Shown piece by piece: positions 1 through 10,639 of a stretch of DNA of 64,000 nucleotides (its first letter is position 1; each line of letters starts with the position of its first letter). The translations under genes were made by a program, and so were the position numbers. The notes under the pieces are model-generated. The model was not told the DNA's origin, made no database searches, and saw only the letters and a list, made by a program, of their open reading frames with translations. Source of the stretch: Hyphococcus sp. (GTDB lineage: Bacteria; Pseudomonadota; Alphaproteobacteria; Caulobacterales; Parvularculaceae); NCBI GenBank assembly GCA_021776245.1, contig JAJFGF010000037.1, positions 8,945 through 72,944 on the forward strand, given 5' to 3'.

Positions 1-468
1 GATGATGAGCATCGGCTCATCAAACTCTACGGCTTGGGCGTCGCTTACGAAGATCTTTGTAACCGTGCCTGATCGAGGCGCTGCGATCGGATTCATTGTT
101 TTCATCGCTTCGACAATGATGACCGTTTGCCCCTCTTTCACCTGGGAGCCCTCGCGTATGAACGGATCGGCGTCCGGGGAAGGTGACAGATAGGCGGTGC
201 CGACCATCGGCGATTTTACGGCGCCGGGGTGATCGCCGCCTGTTGTCGGAACCGGTGACAGTTGGGCTGCGGCCGGCGCAGCCATTGGCGCAGGCGTTGC
301 GGCGGCGGTCATGATTGACGCCGCGCCGCCCTGGCGGGAAACCCGCAACCGCATATTGTTTTTTTCGATTTCGACTTCGGTCAGCCCGGTTTCCTCAAGA
401 ATGCCCGCAAGTTCGCGAATCCACTCTGATTCGAGTTCATGGCCATTCTTTCCGTTTCTTCCTGACAT
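1..468 (-). CDS. accB: biotin carboxyl carrier protein of acetyl-CoA carboxylase; C-terminal end runs off the window
   Basis: Hand translation of the minus strand from the ATG at 468 gives MSGRNGKNGHELESEWIRELAGILEETGLTEVEIEKNNMRLRV. The biotinyl-lysine motif VIIVEAMKTMN lies at about 91-123, in frame with that ATG. It sits directly downstream of aroQ, as in the conserved aroQ-accB operon. It is not in the ORF track because no stop lies in the window. Confidence 0.85.
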   Translation of the reverse strand, partial: MSGRNGKNGHELESEWIRELAGILEETGLTEVEIEKNNMRLRVSRQGGAASIMTAAATPAPMAAPAAAQLSPVPTTGGDHPGAVKSPMVGTAYLSPSPDADPFIREGSQVKEGQTVIIVEAMKTMNPIAAPRSGTVTKIFVSDAQAVEFDEPMLII

Positions 469-513
469 GCGCTACCCGCTGTTTTTCTTGCTCAAGAATG
501 ATCGCGCCTCATA

Positions 514-966
514 TCAGGCAGATCGCTTTTGTAACAGGCTTTTAAGCGCTTCCACGGCCAAGATATAGCCCGCCGCGCCAAAGCCCATGATGACCCCATC
601 CACCGCCGCCGCCGTCACAGAGCGCTGCCGGAATTCTTCCCTGGCGTGAATATTGGAGAGATGAAGCTCGATTTTCGCAATATTGGCAGCGGTCAGAGCG
701 TCAAGAAGCGCGATCGAGGTGTGCGTATAGGCGCCAGGATTGATGATCAGACCTGCGGCCTTGGCGTTGGCTTCCTGCACCCAGTCAACCAGCGTCCCCT
801 CAGTATTTGACTGGCGAAAATCAGCGGCAAAACCAGCCGCTCCGGCGGCGGCGTCACACGCTGTCTCAATATCGGCCAGCGTGTCGGCGCCGTAAATCTC
901 CGGCTCGCGGGCGCCCAACAGGTTGAGATTTGGCCCATTGAGGATGAAAATCGTCTTCGCCGCCAT
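514..966 (-). CDS. aroQ: type II 3-dehydroquinate dehydratase
   Basis: 150-aa ORF. The N-terminus IFILNGPNLNLLGAREPEIYG and the INPGAYTHTSIAL motif are typical of AroQ. Confidence 0.95.
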   Translation of the reverse strand: MAAKTIFILNGPNLNLLGAREPEIYGADTLADIETACDAAAGAAGFAADFRQSNTEGTLVDWVQEANAKAAGLIINPGAYTHTSIALLDALTAANIAKIELHLSNIHAREEFRQRSVTAAAVDGVIMGFGAAGYILAVEALKSLLQKRSA

Positions 967-1076
967 AAACTTTCCGCCGCCGCCTTCTTGCGAGCCCCAA
1001 AATCCCTAAATACAAGGGCGCTTATCTATACGGGACGTTCAAGACCCGCGGCAATAAGGGAACAGATTGAATTTCC

Positions 1077-1277
1077 ATGGATATTACCATCAATGGTGAA
1101 CAAAAGCGTTTCCAGGCGCCGATCAATATTGCGGATCTTCTCACCGCCCTTGAGCTTGAGCCAAAAAAAATCGCGGTTGAACGTAATCTCGAGATCGTGC
1201 CGAAGTCGCTCTATGGTGAAACTGCGCTCGCTGACGGCGACCGCATCGAAATTGTGCAATTTGTAGGGGGTGGGTGA
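1077..1277 (+). CDS. thiS: sulfur carrier protein ThiS
   Basis: 66-aa ORF ending in GG (..IVQFVGGG), immediately upstream of thiG. Confidence 0.9.
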   Translation: MDITINGEQKRFQAPINIADLLTALELEPKKIAVERNLEIVPKSLYGETALADGDRIEIVQFVGGG

Positions 1278-1280
1278 TCT

Positions 1281-2051
1281 ATGAGCGAGCACTTGGAAAT
1301 CGCAGGCCGGAAGTTGTCTTCCCGCCTGATTATCGGCACGGGAAAATACAAAACCTATGAGCAGAATGCCCAAGCGGCCGAAGCTGCGGGCGCCGAGATG
1401 GTCACGGTCGCCGTCCGGCGGGTTAACCTGACGGACAAAGACAAGCCACTGCTCGTGGATTTTCTGGACCCGGAAAAATATATATACCTCCCCAATACGG
1501 CGGGCTGTTTTACCGCTGAGGATGCGATTCGAACGCTGCGGCTCGCGCGCGAGGCCGGCGGCTGGGATCTTGTTAAGCTTGAGGTGCTCTCAGATCAGAA
1601 AACACTATATCCGGATATGGAAGAAACCCTGCGCGCCGCAAAGCTGCTTATCAAAGACGGCTTTCAAGTGATGGTTTATTGCTCCGACGATCCCGTCTAT
1701 GCGCGCAAGCTCGAAGACGCAGGATGCTGCGCCATCATGCCGCTGGGATCGCTGATTGGTTCCGGGCTTGGCATTATCAATCCGGTCAATATCAGGCTGA
1801 TCGTCGAACAGTCTTCCGTACCCGTTATTGTCGATGCTGGCGTTGGCACGGCGTCCGATGCGGCGGCGGCGATGGAGCTGGGCTGTGACGGCGTTTTAAT
1901 GAACACCGCGATCGCCGAAGCCAGGGACCCGATCCGCATGGCGCGGGCGATGAAACATGCAGTGATTGCAGGCCGTGAGGCCTATCTCGCCGGGCGCATG
2001 GCAAAAAAGCTGTACGCTGATCCGTCGTCGCCGCTGGCAGGGTTAATTTGA
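1281..2051 (+). CDS. thiG: thiazole synthase
   Basis: 256-aa ORF with [10 protein letters not shown] and the LPNTAGC and [13 protein letters not shown] motifs of ThiG. Confidence 0.95.
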   Translation: MSEHLEIAGRKLSSRLIIGTGKYKTYEQNAQAAEAAGAEMVTVAVRRVNLTDKDKPLLVDFLDPEKYIYLPNTAGCFTAEDAIRTLRLAREAGGWDLVKLEVLSDQKTLYPDMEETLRAAKLLIKDGFQVMVYCSDDPVYARKLEDAGCCAIMPLGSLIGSGLGIINPVNIRLIVEQSSVPVIVDAGVGTASDAAAAMELGCDGVLMNTAIAEARDPIRMARAMKHAVIAGREAYLAGRMAKKLYADPSSPLAGLI

Positions 2052-2075
2052 GGCCCGGAAAACTTGCCGCACCGC

Positions 2076-2103
2076 CTTGCGGCTGGCAATTTCCACCCCA
2101 TCT
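2076..2103 (+). promoter_or_regulatory. sigma-32 (RpoH)-type heat-shock promoter candidate for clpB
   Basis: CTTGCGG-N13-CCCCATCT compares well with the enterobacterial consensus CTTGAAA-N13-15-CCCCATNT. It lies about 70 nt upstream of the clpB ATG. Its -35 overlaps a small hairpin (GCCGCA/TGCGGC, 2066-2083), which lowers confidence. Confidence 0.45.
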
Positions 2104-2171
2104 AGAACAGGAATTCGGCGTCGCCGCCAGTCGGGGCGCTTTATCCTGTTGACGCTCAAACGAGGTCGAAA

Positions 2172-4826
2172 ATGCAATTTGAAAATTACACCGATCGCGC
2201 GCGCGGTTTGGTCCAGGCCGCCCAAACAATTGCCTTGCGTGAAAACCACCAGCAATTTACGCCGGAGCATCTGCTCAAAGCGCTCTTGGATGATCAGGAA
2301 GGTCTCGCGGCAAACCTCATTCGCGCCGCCGGCGGCAAGCCCGAAGTCGCCCTTCAGCTCACCGATGAGGCGCTCTCAAAATTACCGCAAGTTCAGGGAG
2401 CTGCTGGCCAGATTTATATGGCGGCGCCAACGGCGAAGGTTTTTGCGACCGCCGAAGATATTGGCAAAAAAGCCGGCGACAAATTCGTTACTGCCGAACG
2501 CTTATTGACTGCGCTTGCGGTTGAAGCGGATGCGGGTACGTCGAAAATTCTCAAGAAAGCTGATGTTACCGCCGTTAAACTCAACGAAGCGATCAACGAT
2601 ATCCGCAAAGGCCGCACTGCCGACACTGCGTCAGCCGAGCAAGCCTATGACGCGCTGAAACGCTATGCGCGCGATCTGACAGAAGCCGCACGCGACGGCA
2701 AGCTTGACCCGGTCATCGGGCGCGATGAAGAAATTCGCCGTACGATGCAGGTGCTTTCCCGGCGGACGAAAAACAATCCGGTGCTGATTGGCGAGCCTGG
2801 CGTCGGCAAGACCGCGATCGCAGAAGGTCTCGCGCTGCGCATCGTCAATGGCGACGTGCCCGAAAGTCTCAAAGGCAAAAGCCTTCTCTCGCTTGACATG
2901 GGCGCGCTCATTGCCGGCGCCAAATATCGGGGCGAATTTGAAGAGCGGCTGAAAGCCGTGTTGCAGGAAGTTACCGGCGCCGACGGCCAGATTATTCTTT
3001 TCATTGATGAGATGCACACGCTTGTGGGCGCGGGCAAAGGCGACGGCGCGATGGATGCGTCAAACCTCTTAAAACCGGCGCTGGCGCGCGGCGAGCTTCA
3101 TTGCATCGGCGCCACGACCCTTGATGAATACAAAAAACATGTCGAAAAAGACGCGGCCTTCGCCCGCCGTTTCCAATCGGTCTTTATTGACGAGCCGACA
3201 GTAGAAGATACTGTCTCGATTTTGCGCGGGCTCAAAGAAAAATACGAACTCCATCACGGGGTGCGGATTTCCGACGGTGCGATCGTTGCGGCGGCAACAA
3301 TGTCGAACCGGTATATAACGGATCGGTTCCTGCCGGATAAGGCCATTGATCTCGTGGATGAAGCGTCGTCGCGGCTGCGCATGGAAATCGATTCCAAACC
3401 GGAAGAACTTGATGAGCTTGATCGCCGCATCATTCAAATGAAGATTGAACGCGAGGCGCTGAAAAAAGAAGATGACAGCGCGTCGAAAGACCGGCTCGAA
3501 AAACTCGACAAGGAACTGAGCGAGCTTGAACAGAAATCAGCTGATCTCACCGCCCGCTGGCGCGCGGAAAAAGACAGCCTTGCCTCTTCAACAAAAGTGA
3601 AAGAGGCGCTCGATCATGCGCGCCAGCAGCTTGCGGAGGCTGAACGCCGTGGCGATCTCGGCGTTGCATCCGAGTTGAAATATGGCGAGATCCCAGCGCT
3701 CGAAAAACAGCTTGCCGACGCTGACGCCAAAAGCGCGGATGACGTCAAAGCGCTTGTTCACGAAGTTGTAGACGCGGAAAATATCGCCGCTGTAGTTTCA
3801 CGCTGGACCGGTGTGCCGGTGGATAAAATGCTCGAGGGTGAGCGCGAAAAGCTCTTGAAGATGGAAGAGGCTTTGGGCCGGCGGGTGGTGGGACAGAAAG
3901 AAGCCGTAGAAGCCGTGTCCGCCGCAGTGCGCCGCGCGCGCGCAGGGCTTCAGGATCCGAACCGGCCCATGGGATCGTTCCTTTTCCTCGGGCCCACCGG
4001 CGTTGGCAAAACCGAACTTACGAAAGCGCTGGCGGAATTTCTCTTCGATGATGACACCGCAATCGCGCGTATCGATATGTCGGAATTTATGGAGAAACAC
4101 TCTGTTGCCCGGCTAATTGGCGCGCCGCCAGGCTATGTTGGCTATGAAGAGGGCGGCGTTTTGACGGAGCGCGTGCGCCGCCGGCCATATCAGGTGGTTT
4201 TGTTTGACGAGATCGAAAAAGCCCACCCGGATGTTTTTAATGTTCTGCTGCAGGTGCTCGATGACGGACGTCTGACAGACGGACAGGGCCACACCGTCGA
4301 TTTCAAAAACACGCTGATCATCATGACCTCGAATCTCGGCTCGGAATATCTTGCTTCACAACCCGAAGGTCAGGATTCAGATGCGGTGAGGCCGCAAGTG
4401 ATGGAGGCAGTGCGCGCCAAATTCAGGCCGGAATTCTTAAATCGCCTTGACGAACTTATCCTCTTCCACCGGCTGACGCGCAGCAATATGAACAGGATTG
4501 TCGATATTCAAATCGGGCGGCTGCAATCATTGCTTGATGATCGCAAAATCATCCTCGAGCTGGACGAGAAAGCGGCAACCTGGCTTGGCGACGCCGGATA
4601 CGATCCGGTTTACGGCGCTCGGCCGTTAAAACGGGCGATTCAGAAAAAGCTGCAGGACCCGCTCGCGGAGCTGTTACTTGCCGGTGAGATCGGCGATGGC
4701 GAAGTGCTGGAAATTTCCGCAAATGACGACACGCTGACGATCAACGGAAAGCCCGTGAGCGGGCGCGATGTTCATTCTGTCGGCGGCGAGACGGCTGCGG
4801 CGCCGGCAGGCGCCCTGCTGAATTAA
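2172..4826 (+). CDS. clpB: ATP-dependent chaperone ClpB
   Basis: 884-aa ORF with two AAA+ modules (GEPGVGKTA and GPTGVGKTE Walker A motifs), a long middle coiled coil and a Clp N domain. Confidence 0.97.
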   Translation: MQFENYTDRARGLVQAAQTIALRENHQQFTPEHLLKALLDDQEGLAANLIRAAGGKPEVALQLTDEALSKLPQVQGAAGQIYMAAPTAKVFATAEDIGKKAGDKFVTAERLLTALAVEADAGTSKILKKADVTAVKLNEAINDIRKGRTADTASAEQAYDALKRYARDLTEAARDGKLDPVIGRDEEIRRTMQVLSRRTKNNPVLIGEPGVGKTAIAEGLALRIVNGDVPESLKGKSLLSLDMGALIAGAKYRGEFEERLKAVLQEVTGADGQIILFIDEMHTLVGAGKGDGAMDASNLLKPALARGELHCIGATTLDEYKKHVEKDAAFARRFQSVFIDEPTVEDTVSILRGLKEKYELHHGVRISDGAIVAAATMSNRYITDRFLPDKAIDLVDEASSRLRMEIDSKPEELDELDRRIIQMKIEREALKKEDDSASKDRLEKLDKELSELEQKSADLTARWRAEKDSLASSTKVKEALDHARQQLAEAERRGDLGVASELKYGEIPALEKQLADADAKSADDVKALVHEVVDAENIAAVVSRWTGVPVDKMLEGEREKLLKMEEALGRRVVGQKEAVEAVSAAVRRARAGLQDPNRPMGSFLFLGPTGVGKTELTKALAEFLFDDDTAIARIDMSEFMEKHSVARLIGAPPGYVGYEEGGVLTERVRRRPYQVVLFDEIEKAHPDVFNVLLQVLDDGRLTDGQGHTVDFKNTLIIMTSNLGSEYLASQPEGQDSDAVRPQVMEAVRAKFRPEFLNRLDELILFHRLTRSNMNRIVDIQIGRLQSLLDDRKIILELDEKAATWLGDAGYDPVYGARPLKRAIQKKLQDPLAELLLAGEIGDGEVLEISANDDTLTINGKPVSGRDVHSVGGETAAAPAGALLN

Positions 4827-4839
4827 AGGAATACAATTC

Positions 4840-5046
4840 ATGGCCGATCAGAAACCTGACTGGAAACCCGACGATACCGAAGCGCTTAAAGCGCTGATCC
4901 GCGCCACGATTGCGGCGGCGGGGCCGCTGGACCCGGCGGCCATTCCGTCACGAGTCAAGGAACGTATTAAGGGTCAAGCCGTCGGTGATCTTGACGTGGA
5001 CGCGCTCATTAAGGAAATTGTTGCGGATATTGGAAAGAATAAATAG
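4840..5046 (+). CDS. small acidic hypothetical protein
   Basis: 68-aa ORF starting 14 nt after clpB. I recognise no family, but codon usage looks native. Confidence 0.4.
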   Translation: MADQKPDWKPDDTEALKALIRATIAAAGPLDPAAIPSRVKERIKGQAVGDLDVDALIKEIVADIGKNK

Positions 5047-5070
5047 CGCTGTTTTTCAAAGCGCGTTTTT
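5046..5070. terminator. weak bidirectional terminator-like hairpin between the convergent 4840 ORF and the M23 peptidase gene
   Basis: 5-bp stem GCGCT/AGCGC (5046-5050 with 5060-5064), 9-nt loop, followed by TTTTT (5066-5070). Confidence 0.35.
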
Positions 5071-6846
5071 CTCGCCAGCTTCATCATTGGCGTAAAGCGC
5101 CGCCGCCTCGTCATCCGGCATTCGCATGGCGTCGATATAATCGCGCCGTGCTTTGAAGCGGTCGAGATCGCTGTCTTTGAGCTTTTTGGTGGTCGCAATT
5201 TTCAGGCGCTGCGGGTTCACCGCCTTGCCGTTCTTGTGCACTTCATAATGGAGATGCGGCCCCGTGGAGCGTCCGGTGGTGCCGACATAACCGATTATGT
5301 CGCCCTGGCGGACGCGCCGGCCGGCGCGCGCGGCCTTCGAAAAACCTTTGAGATGCGCATAGGCTGTCTCGTAGCCATTGGCATGACGGATGCGGATATA
5401 GTTGCCAAAGCTGCCATAGCGATTGGCGCGCTCAACGACGCCGTCGCCCGCAGCTTTGATCGGCGTGCCGCGTCTGGCTGCGAAATCGACGCCTTTATGC
5501 GCCCGCCGGTAGCCGAGGATTGGATGTTTGCGTGAGCCAAATCCGGAGGATAATCGCGCGCCGTCGATCGGCGTTTTCATCAACAATCTTTTGGCGCCCT
5601 GACCGCTGGCGTCGTAAAAATCACCGCGCTTGCCGTCGATACTGGCCGCAAAGCGATAATAGCCTTTTTCTTTTTGACGGCCGCGCCAATTCAGGCGCGC
5701 ATATAGAATATCGCCTGTTGAAACCATTTTTCCCTGATCGTCAAAGCGGACTTCAAAGATCGCTTCGAATTCATCACCGCCAAATATCTCTCGCTGGAAA
5801 TCAACGTCATAGGAAAAGGCGTCTGCAAGATCGGCAATAATCTGATCGGGCGCCCCGACTTCTTTCGCCGATTCATAGAGGCTCCCATTGATGCGCCCGG
5901 CGATCGCCATGGTTCGCGTGGTTAGCGCAATCGTGGATTTTTCCGTCGCGAACGCGCCGCTTTTGTCACGGCGCATAACAATCCGGTTTTCCGGGTCGAC
6001 GCGAAATTCAAGGCTCAGCAATCGCGCTTCGGGTTCTGCGCCGCTAGCGGCAAGTTGGTAGGGTGTCTGGTTTGGCCAACCCAGCGTCAGCGCAAATTCC
6101 TGGCCCGGGCGCAAGCGGCGCAAATTGTAAAATTTGCCAAAAGCGTAAGCGGCTTCATTCCGGTCCGCGATGCGTACGCCCGCGCGCTTTAGTGCGTCAA
6201 CGAAATTTTCGCCTTTGCTGATCCGGATGCGCAAATCGCCCAGCGGCCGGTCAAGATCGAGCGCAAGCGCAACCGGCGCCGCTGCGCGGATTGTGTTGCG
6301 GCGCTTTAGATCGTCTTCAAAGAAGATTGGCTGCGGTGCGTCTTCTGCTGTCGCCAGCTGCAATGAGCCAATGCGCATTGGTCGTGCAGCGACGACGGTT
6401 GCCGTTGCGGCCTTTTTTTCAAAAGCCGGTTTTAGCCGCGGGGCGAAGACGAAGTCTTTCGCATCACTTGTTTGGGGAACCGCCGCGGTTTCAACGGGCG
6501 CCGCCTTTGCGTTATCGTCCACGGCAATTTCCGCAACAGCATTTGGCAAAGTGATGTTGGCCCGCGCCGCACGAGATTCCGCGAGGACGTCTTCAAGGGA
6601 CATCACCGTCGCCTCAGTGGCCGGAGGGATCTCCACAACACTGAACGGGGCGGGGGACGCTGAAGGGACCGCTATGACCGGGCTCGGCGTTGACATGATC
6701 GAATAGGTTAAGAAGCCAGCGCCCGCGAACAGGACGCCGATCGATACGGCAAGACCCGCCGGCCCGCGCCGGCGGCGTTCAACAGGGCAATAGGCTGCCC
6801 CTTTATCCGAAAATGTCTGGCCTGTTTCAACGAACTCTGAGGTCAT
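5056..6846 (-). CDS. membrane-anchored M23 family metallopeptidase
   Basis: 596-aa ORF. The C-terminus has HKGVDFAA...GNYIRIRHANGYETAYAHL...GTTGRSTGPHLHYEV (M23 / LytM). One N-terminal TM segment is present. Confidence 0.88.
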   Translation of the reverse strand: MTSEFVETGQTFSDKGAAYCPVERRRRGPAGLAVSIGVLFAGAGFLTYSIMSTPSPVIAVPSASPAPFSVVEIPPATEATVMSLEDVLAESRAARANITLPNAVAEIAVDDNAKAAPVETAAVPQTSDAKDFVFAPRLKPAFEKKAATATVVAARPMRIGSLQLATAEDAPQPIFFEDDLKRRNTIRAAAPVALALDLDRPLGDLRIRISKGENFVDALKRAGVRIADRNEAAYAFGKFYNLRRLRPGQEFALTLGWPNQTPYQLAASGAEPEARLLSLEFRVDPENRIVMRRDKSGAFATEKSTIALTTRTMAIAGRINGSLYESAKEVGAPDQIIADLADAFSYDVDFQREIFGGDEFEAIFEVRFDDQGKMVSTGDILYARLNWRGRQKEKGYYRFAASIDGKRGDFYDASGQGAKRLLMKTPIDGARLSSGFGSRKHPILGYRRAHKGVDFAARRGTPIKAAGDGVVERANRYGSFGNYIRIRHANGYETAYAHLKGFSKAARAGRRVRQGDIIGYVGTTGRSTGPHLHYEVHKNGKAVNPQRLKIATTKKLKDSDLDRFKARRDYIDAMRMPDDEAAALYANDEAGEKNAL

Positions 6847-7048
6847 TGTGCTCGCGCCGCTTCATTCAAATCCCGCCGAAATGGCGAAAATACCAGTGTT
6901 TTGGGCCGATGGTGCAATAAATCGACCACTGTCCGCCGTTTCATGACATGCCTCGCCAAATCCCGCAATTTTCTGCATTCTGGGGAGGGCCGTCAGGCTG
7001 GATTAGACAAAATCGGGCTTAACCAAAAGCGAAAAACGGCGGCGGGGT

Positions 7049-9874
7049 TTGAGGGATAGAAGTAAGATGCAGTTGCGGCGAGCCCTTTTGGGATTGGCTC
7101 TTTTCCTCGCAATATTTGCGGTGGCGGCTTTCCTGCTGCGCCTGCCGGTCGCCGGTTATGCGGTGCGGTCCGCGCTGACGGGCGCAGGGCTTGAGGAAGC
7201 GCAATTTCGCGTGACGGCGCTGTCATTTTCAAATGCGCGGCTCGAGAATTTAACCGCAGGACCGGCCGGCGACGAAACCCTTCGTTTCGACTTTATCGAA
7301 GCCGATTTTAACTGGCTGCGCCTTTTACAACATCGCGAAGTCAACGCGGTGCGACTGGGGCCGGGCGCAGCTCAACTCGCGGTTTCGCCCGACGGAAAAA
7401 TTTTGCTGCCGGGCATCGCACTCAAAGGCGGCGGCGGCGGTTCACTGCCATTTAAGTCACTCACGGTCAGCGATCTGGCGTTACGCATCGATACGCCAGA
7501 AGGTCCTGCAAGTGGAACGGTCAGCGCTGATTTCGACACTCAAAAAGGCGGGCGGGCATTTGTCTTGTTGTCGGCGGAAAATGCAGGAATTCCGGTGCTC
7601 CGCCTCGAAACTGCATCGGCCTCCGGAGAGCTGACGTTTGATGCAGAGGGCAATGCGCAACTCGAGGGTTCTCTGACCGGCGATGTTGTTGGAGATGCGG
7701 CGACGGCGCGCGACGTGACCGTCGCTGTTAGCGCGAAAAATCTGTCGTGGCGCAAAATGGACGCCGGAGCGGAACGCGAGTTTGCCGGCGAGGCCATCGT
7801 TAAGATCGATATCGCAGAAATACCGGTTGATCACATACCGCTCCTGGCCGCTGGCAATGCGTCGCGCGCTGCGGCAATGCTCGGGGAGACTCCAAAAGCA
7901 TTTTCTTTGGCCGGCGCGCTGATGGCGACTGCGTCAAACGGCGGGGTTACGATAAGCGAGGCGTCGGCGGACGATCCCGTTGTGATTAAAAGCGATCCCG
8001 GCGGCGTGACCATGATGATCGCGACGCTGGGCGATGCGCCGTTCTTTGCCCGTGAAAACGGCGCGGTTCACGCTGCATTCAACTATCGCCTTCTGGGGGC
8101 AAAAATTGACGCCGAAGGTGCAGTGGATGCAATAAAAACAGGTTCAAATTGGCAAATTTCAGCGCCGATGCGCTTTGGCGAATATCGGTCTGGCGGTCTT
8201 TCAATTGGCGATGCCGCGCTGACAATCGATGCGATCGCAGGCCCAGATGAAATTAATGCCGGCATCGGTTTGAAACTCAATCTCCAGAAAGCGAAAATTG
8301 GCAGGTTGAATGTATTTGATGCACCGTTTGAGGCGTCATTCAACATTGCCGCAAACAACGAAGCTCGACGCGTTGTTGTCACCCAGGCCGATGAATGTAT
8401 TGAACTTGAAAAAGTACGCACGACCATCGATCGACAGGATACGGAAATAATTCTCTCTGACGCAGAATTCTGCGCCAATGGCGAGCCGATTGCCGTTATC
8501 GACTGGAGCGACATGTTGCGAAGCACGTTCGCCGGCCAATTGTCAGCGTCCCATGCGCGCTATCGTCTTGGCAATACGAGACTGATCGGCCGGCCGCCGC
8601 GCCTTGATTTTACCGCAGCCTATACGCCAACACTCAATCAGACATTGGCTAGCGGCAATGTCGAAGGCGGTGTGATGGCGTTGAACGACATATTGGATCT
8701 CGCGGCGACGACGGGACAATTCACATTTTCGCTGGATAAAGAGATCATGCGCGCCAGCGTGCGCGCTGAAAAAACCCGGGTATCGCAGCATCGCGAATTG
8801 CCGTTGGTGGCGCCGGTTCTTGCTTCGGTAGATTTTGACCTGGTCGGTCAAAAGGCGACATTTGACTATGTATTAACGACGCTTTCCCGCCATCGTATCG
8901 GCGCCGGCGCCGGCGTTCATGATGTTGCGACCTCGGCGGGAAAGTCGCGATTGGTTCTTGATCAGCTTGAATTTGCTCCCGGGGGCATGCAGCCAGCAGC
9001 GCTTTTGCCGGTTATGAAAGGCTTTGTTCGAGAAGCAACCGGTGGGGCTGCGGGCACAACAGATTTTTCATGGACGAGGGATGGCGGCATCGCTGCATCG
9101 GCGGATATCCAGCTCAAAGATGTGACTTTTGCAGGGCCGGCGCGGATTGTGAATCAAACAAAAGGATTGAACGGCAATATTCGGTTCGAAAATCTTTGGC
9201 CGTTAACAACGGCGGGCGTCCAGACAATTACCGTGGAGGGCGCCGACCTCGATGCGTTGCAGCTTCAAAGTGGAGAAATTACCTTCGAAATGCGCGGCGA
9301 TGAAAAACTGCGCGTTGAGCGCGCGGCGTTTCCATGGTTCGGCGGCGCGTTGGGTGTCGATGGCGCCGTTATGGCGCTGTCGGGCGGCGAGGCGATAACG
9401 CCGTTGCGGGCGGACCAGATTGATCTCGGACAGCTATTGGACTTTGCTGATTTTGATGGGCTTTCCGGCGAAGGCCTACTGAGCGGCGTGTTGCCTCTTG
9501 TCGTCGAAGACGGCAGAGCGCGTATTGAGAATGGCGTCCTGAAATCAGATAGCCCCGGCGCTATTCGCTATCGCGGCCGGGCCGGTGCAGAAGCGGCGGC
9601 AGCAGGCGCGCAGGCAAAAATGGCGTTCGATCTGTTGCGCGATCTGCAATTTGATTCGCTTGTGGCGACGATAAACGGGCCGCTCGATGGCCGCTTACAG
9701 TTTCAGATCAAAATGAACGGGACCGGTGCGATTGAATATAACAATCAGGATGCGCGTATTCCGGTGAAATACAACATCAATCTCGATGCTGCGCTTTTGG
9801 AGCTATTGAATCAGGCAAACCTGATACGAAAACCAGAATTGCAGCTGCAAATAGGCGTTAAGAACCCGGATTAG
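7049..9874 (+). CDS. ydbH: YdbH-like AsmA-family large envelope protein
   Basis: 941-aa ORF with an N-terminal TM anchor and a long repetitive beta-rich body. It is followed by ynbE-like and ydbL-like genes, in the conserved ydbH-ynbE-ydbL order. Confidence 0.7.
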   Translation: MRDRSKMQLRRALLGLALFLAIFAVAAFLLRLPVAGYAVRSALTGAGLEEAQFRVTALSFSNARLENLTAGPAGDETLRFDFIEADFNWLRLLQHREVNAVRLGPGAAQLAVSPDGKILLPGIALKGGGGGSLPFKSLTVSDLALRIDTPEGPASGTVSADFDTQKGGRAFVLLSAENAGIPVLRLETASASGELTFDAEGNAQLEGSLTGDVVGDAATARDVTVAVSAKNLSWRKMDAGAEREFAGEAIVKIDIAEIPVDHIPLLAAGNASRAAAMLGETPKAFSLAGALMATASNGGVTISEASADDPVVIKSDPGGVTMMIATLGDAPFFARENGAVHAAFNYRLLGAKIDAEGAVDAIKTGSNWQISAPMRFGEYRSGGLSIGDAALTIDAIAGPDEINAGIGLKLNLQKAKIGRLNVFDAPFEASFNIAANNEARRVVVTQADECIELEKVRTTIDRQDTEIILSDAEFCANGEPIAVIDWSDMLRSTFAGQLSASHARYRLGNTRLIGRPPRLDFTAAYTPTLNQTLASGNVEGGVMALNDILDLAATTGQFTFSLDKEIMRASVRAEKTRVSQHRELPLVAPVLASVDFDLVGQKATFDYVLTTLSRHRIGAGAGVHDVATSAGKSRLVLDQLEFAPGGMQPAALLPVMKGFVREATGGAAGTTDFSWTRDGGIAASADIQLKDVTFAGPARIVNQTKGLNGNIRFENLWPLTTAGVQTITVEGADLDALQLQSGEITFEMRGDEKLRVERAAFPWFGGALGVDGAVMALSGGEAITPLRADQIDLGQLLDFADFDGLSGEGLLSGVLPLVVEDGRARIENGVLKSDSPGAIRYRGRAGAEAAAAGAQAKMAFDLLRDLQFDSLVATINGPLDGRLQFQIKMNGTGAIEYNNQDARIPVKYNINLDAALLELLNQANLIRKPELQLQIGVKNPD

Positions 9875-9986
9875 GCGAAATCATGTCCAAACCAGAAAAA
9901 TCTTGCCTATTTTTCGCCGTAACAACAATCTAGGGTTAACATCAGTGGCGTTGAGGCTATTTTCGATACCGCGAAAGGGCGATGTA

Positions 9987-10190
9987 ATGAAATTCATGAA
10001 TCAGGTCCGGGTCGGCGCATTGGCGCCGCTTGCGGCGGTTATTGCGCTGAGCGCCTGTACGACCGTTAAGTTGGAAGGCGGCGATAAACCGATTGAGATT
10101 AATCTCAACGTCAAAATCGACCAGGAAGTTCGCGTAAAACTTGACCGGGAAATCGAGGATTTGATTGCCCAAAATCCTGATATTTTTTAG
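9987..10190 (+). CDS. ynbE: YnbE-like small lipoprotein
   Basis: Internal ATG at 9987 gives MKFMNQVRVGALAPLAAVIALSAC (lipobox LSAC). The mature part is about 45 aa, KLEGGDKPIEINLNVKIDQEV. Confidence 0.75.
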   Translation: MKFMNQVRVGALAPLAAVIALSACTTVKLEGGDKPIEINLNVKIDQEVRVKLDREIEDLIAQNPDIF

Positions 10191-10201
10191 CGGAGGCCGG
10201 T

Positions 10202-10567
10202 ATGGAAAATTCAATGAAAAACAAGCTTTACGGAATTGCCGCGGCCGGCCTCATCGTTGTGACGTCGCTGCCGCCGGCAGCTGCCCTGGCTGCAAGCGCG
10301 ACAGTTGAGCAGGCAAAAGACGCCTGTATCGTTGGCGAGCAAACTGACGGATATCTTGGCGTTGTCGCTGGCGCTGATGCGAGCGACGCGGTGCGGCGGG
10401 AAATCCGCGATATCAATCAGCAACGCAAAGCCGTCTACAGCGATCTTGCGCGCCGCAATGGCGTGACAATTGAGGTGACGGCGGCGTTGACGGCAGAAAA
10501 ATTGATCAATCAGGCAAGCGCCGGCCAATGCTACCGCGACGAAAGCGGCGCATGGGTTGAAGTTTAA
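10202..10567 (+). CDS. ydbL: YdbL-like (DUF1318) periplasmic protein
   Basis: 121-aa ORF with a signal peptide and the GEQTDGYLGVV ... INQQRKAVY pattern of DUF1318. Confidence 0.75.
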   Translation: MENSMKNKLYGIAAAGLIVVTSLPPAAALAASATVEQAKDACIVGEQTDGYLGVVAGADASDAVRREIRDINQQRKAVYSDLARRNGVTIEVTAALTAEKLINQASAGQCYRDESGAWVEV

Positions 10568-10639
10568 CCTTTTCGATAGCCTTTTTTTCGAACGAATCAG
10601 CGATAAGGGAACCTTCGTAATTGAAGTGTGCCCTGTCTT

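Noticed and set aside
967-1076. Possible TPP (THI-box) riboswitch upstream of thiS-thiG
   Set aside because: The spacer lacks the conserved CTGAGA and ACCTGATCTGGATAATGCCAGCG-like core. Only a vague GGGAA tail is present, which is not enough to support a call without a covariance-model scan.
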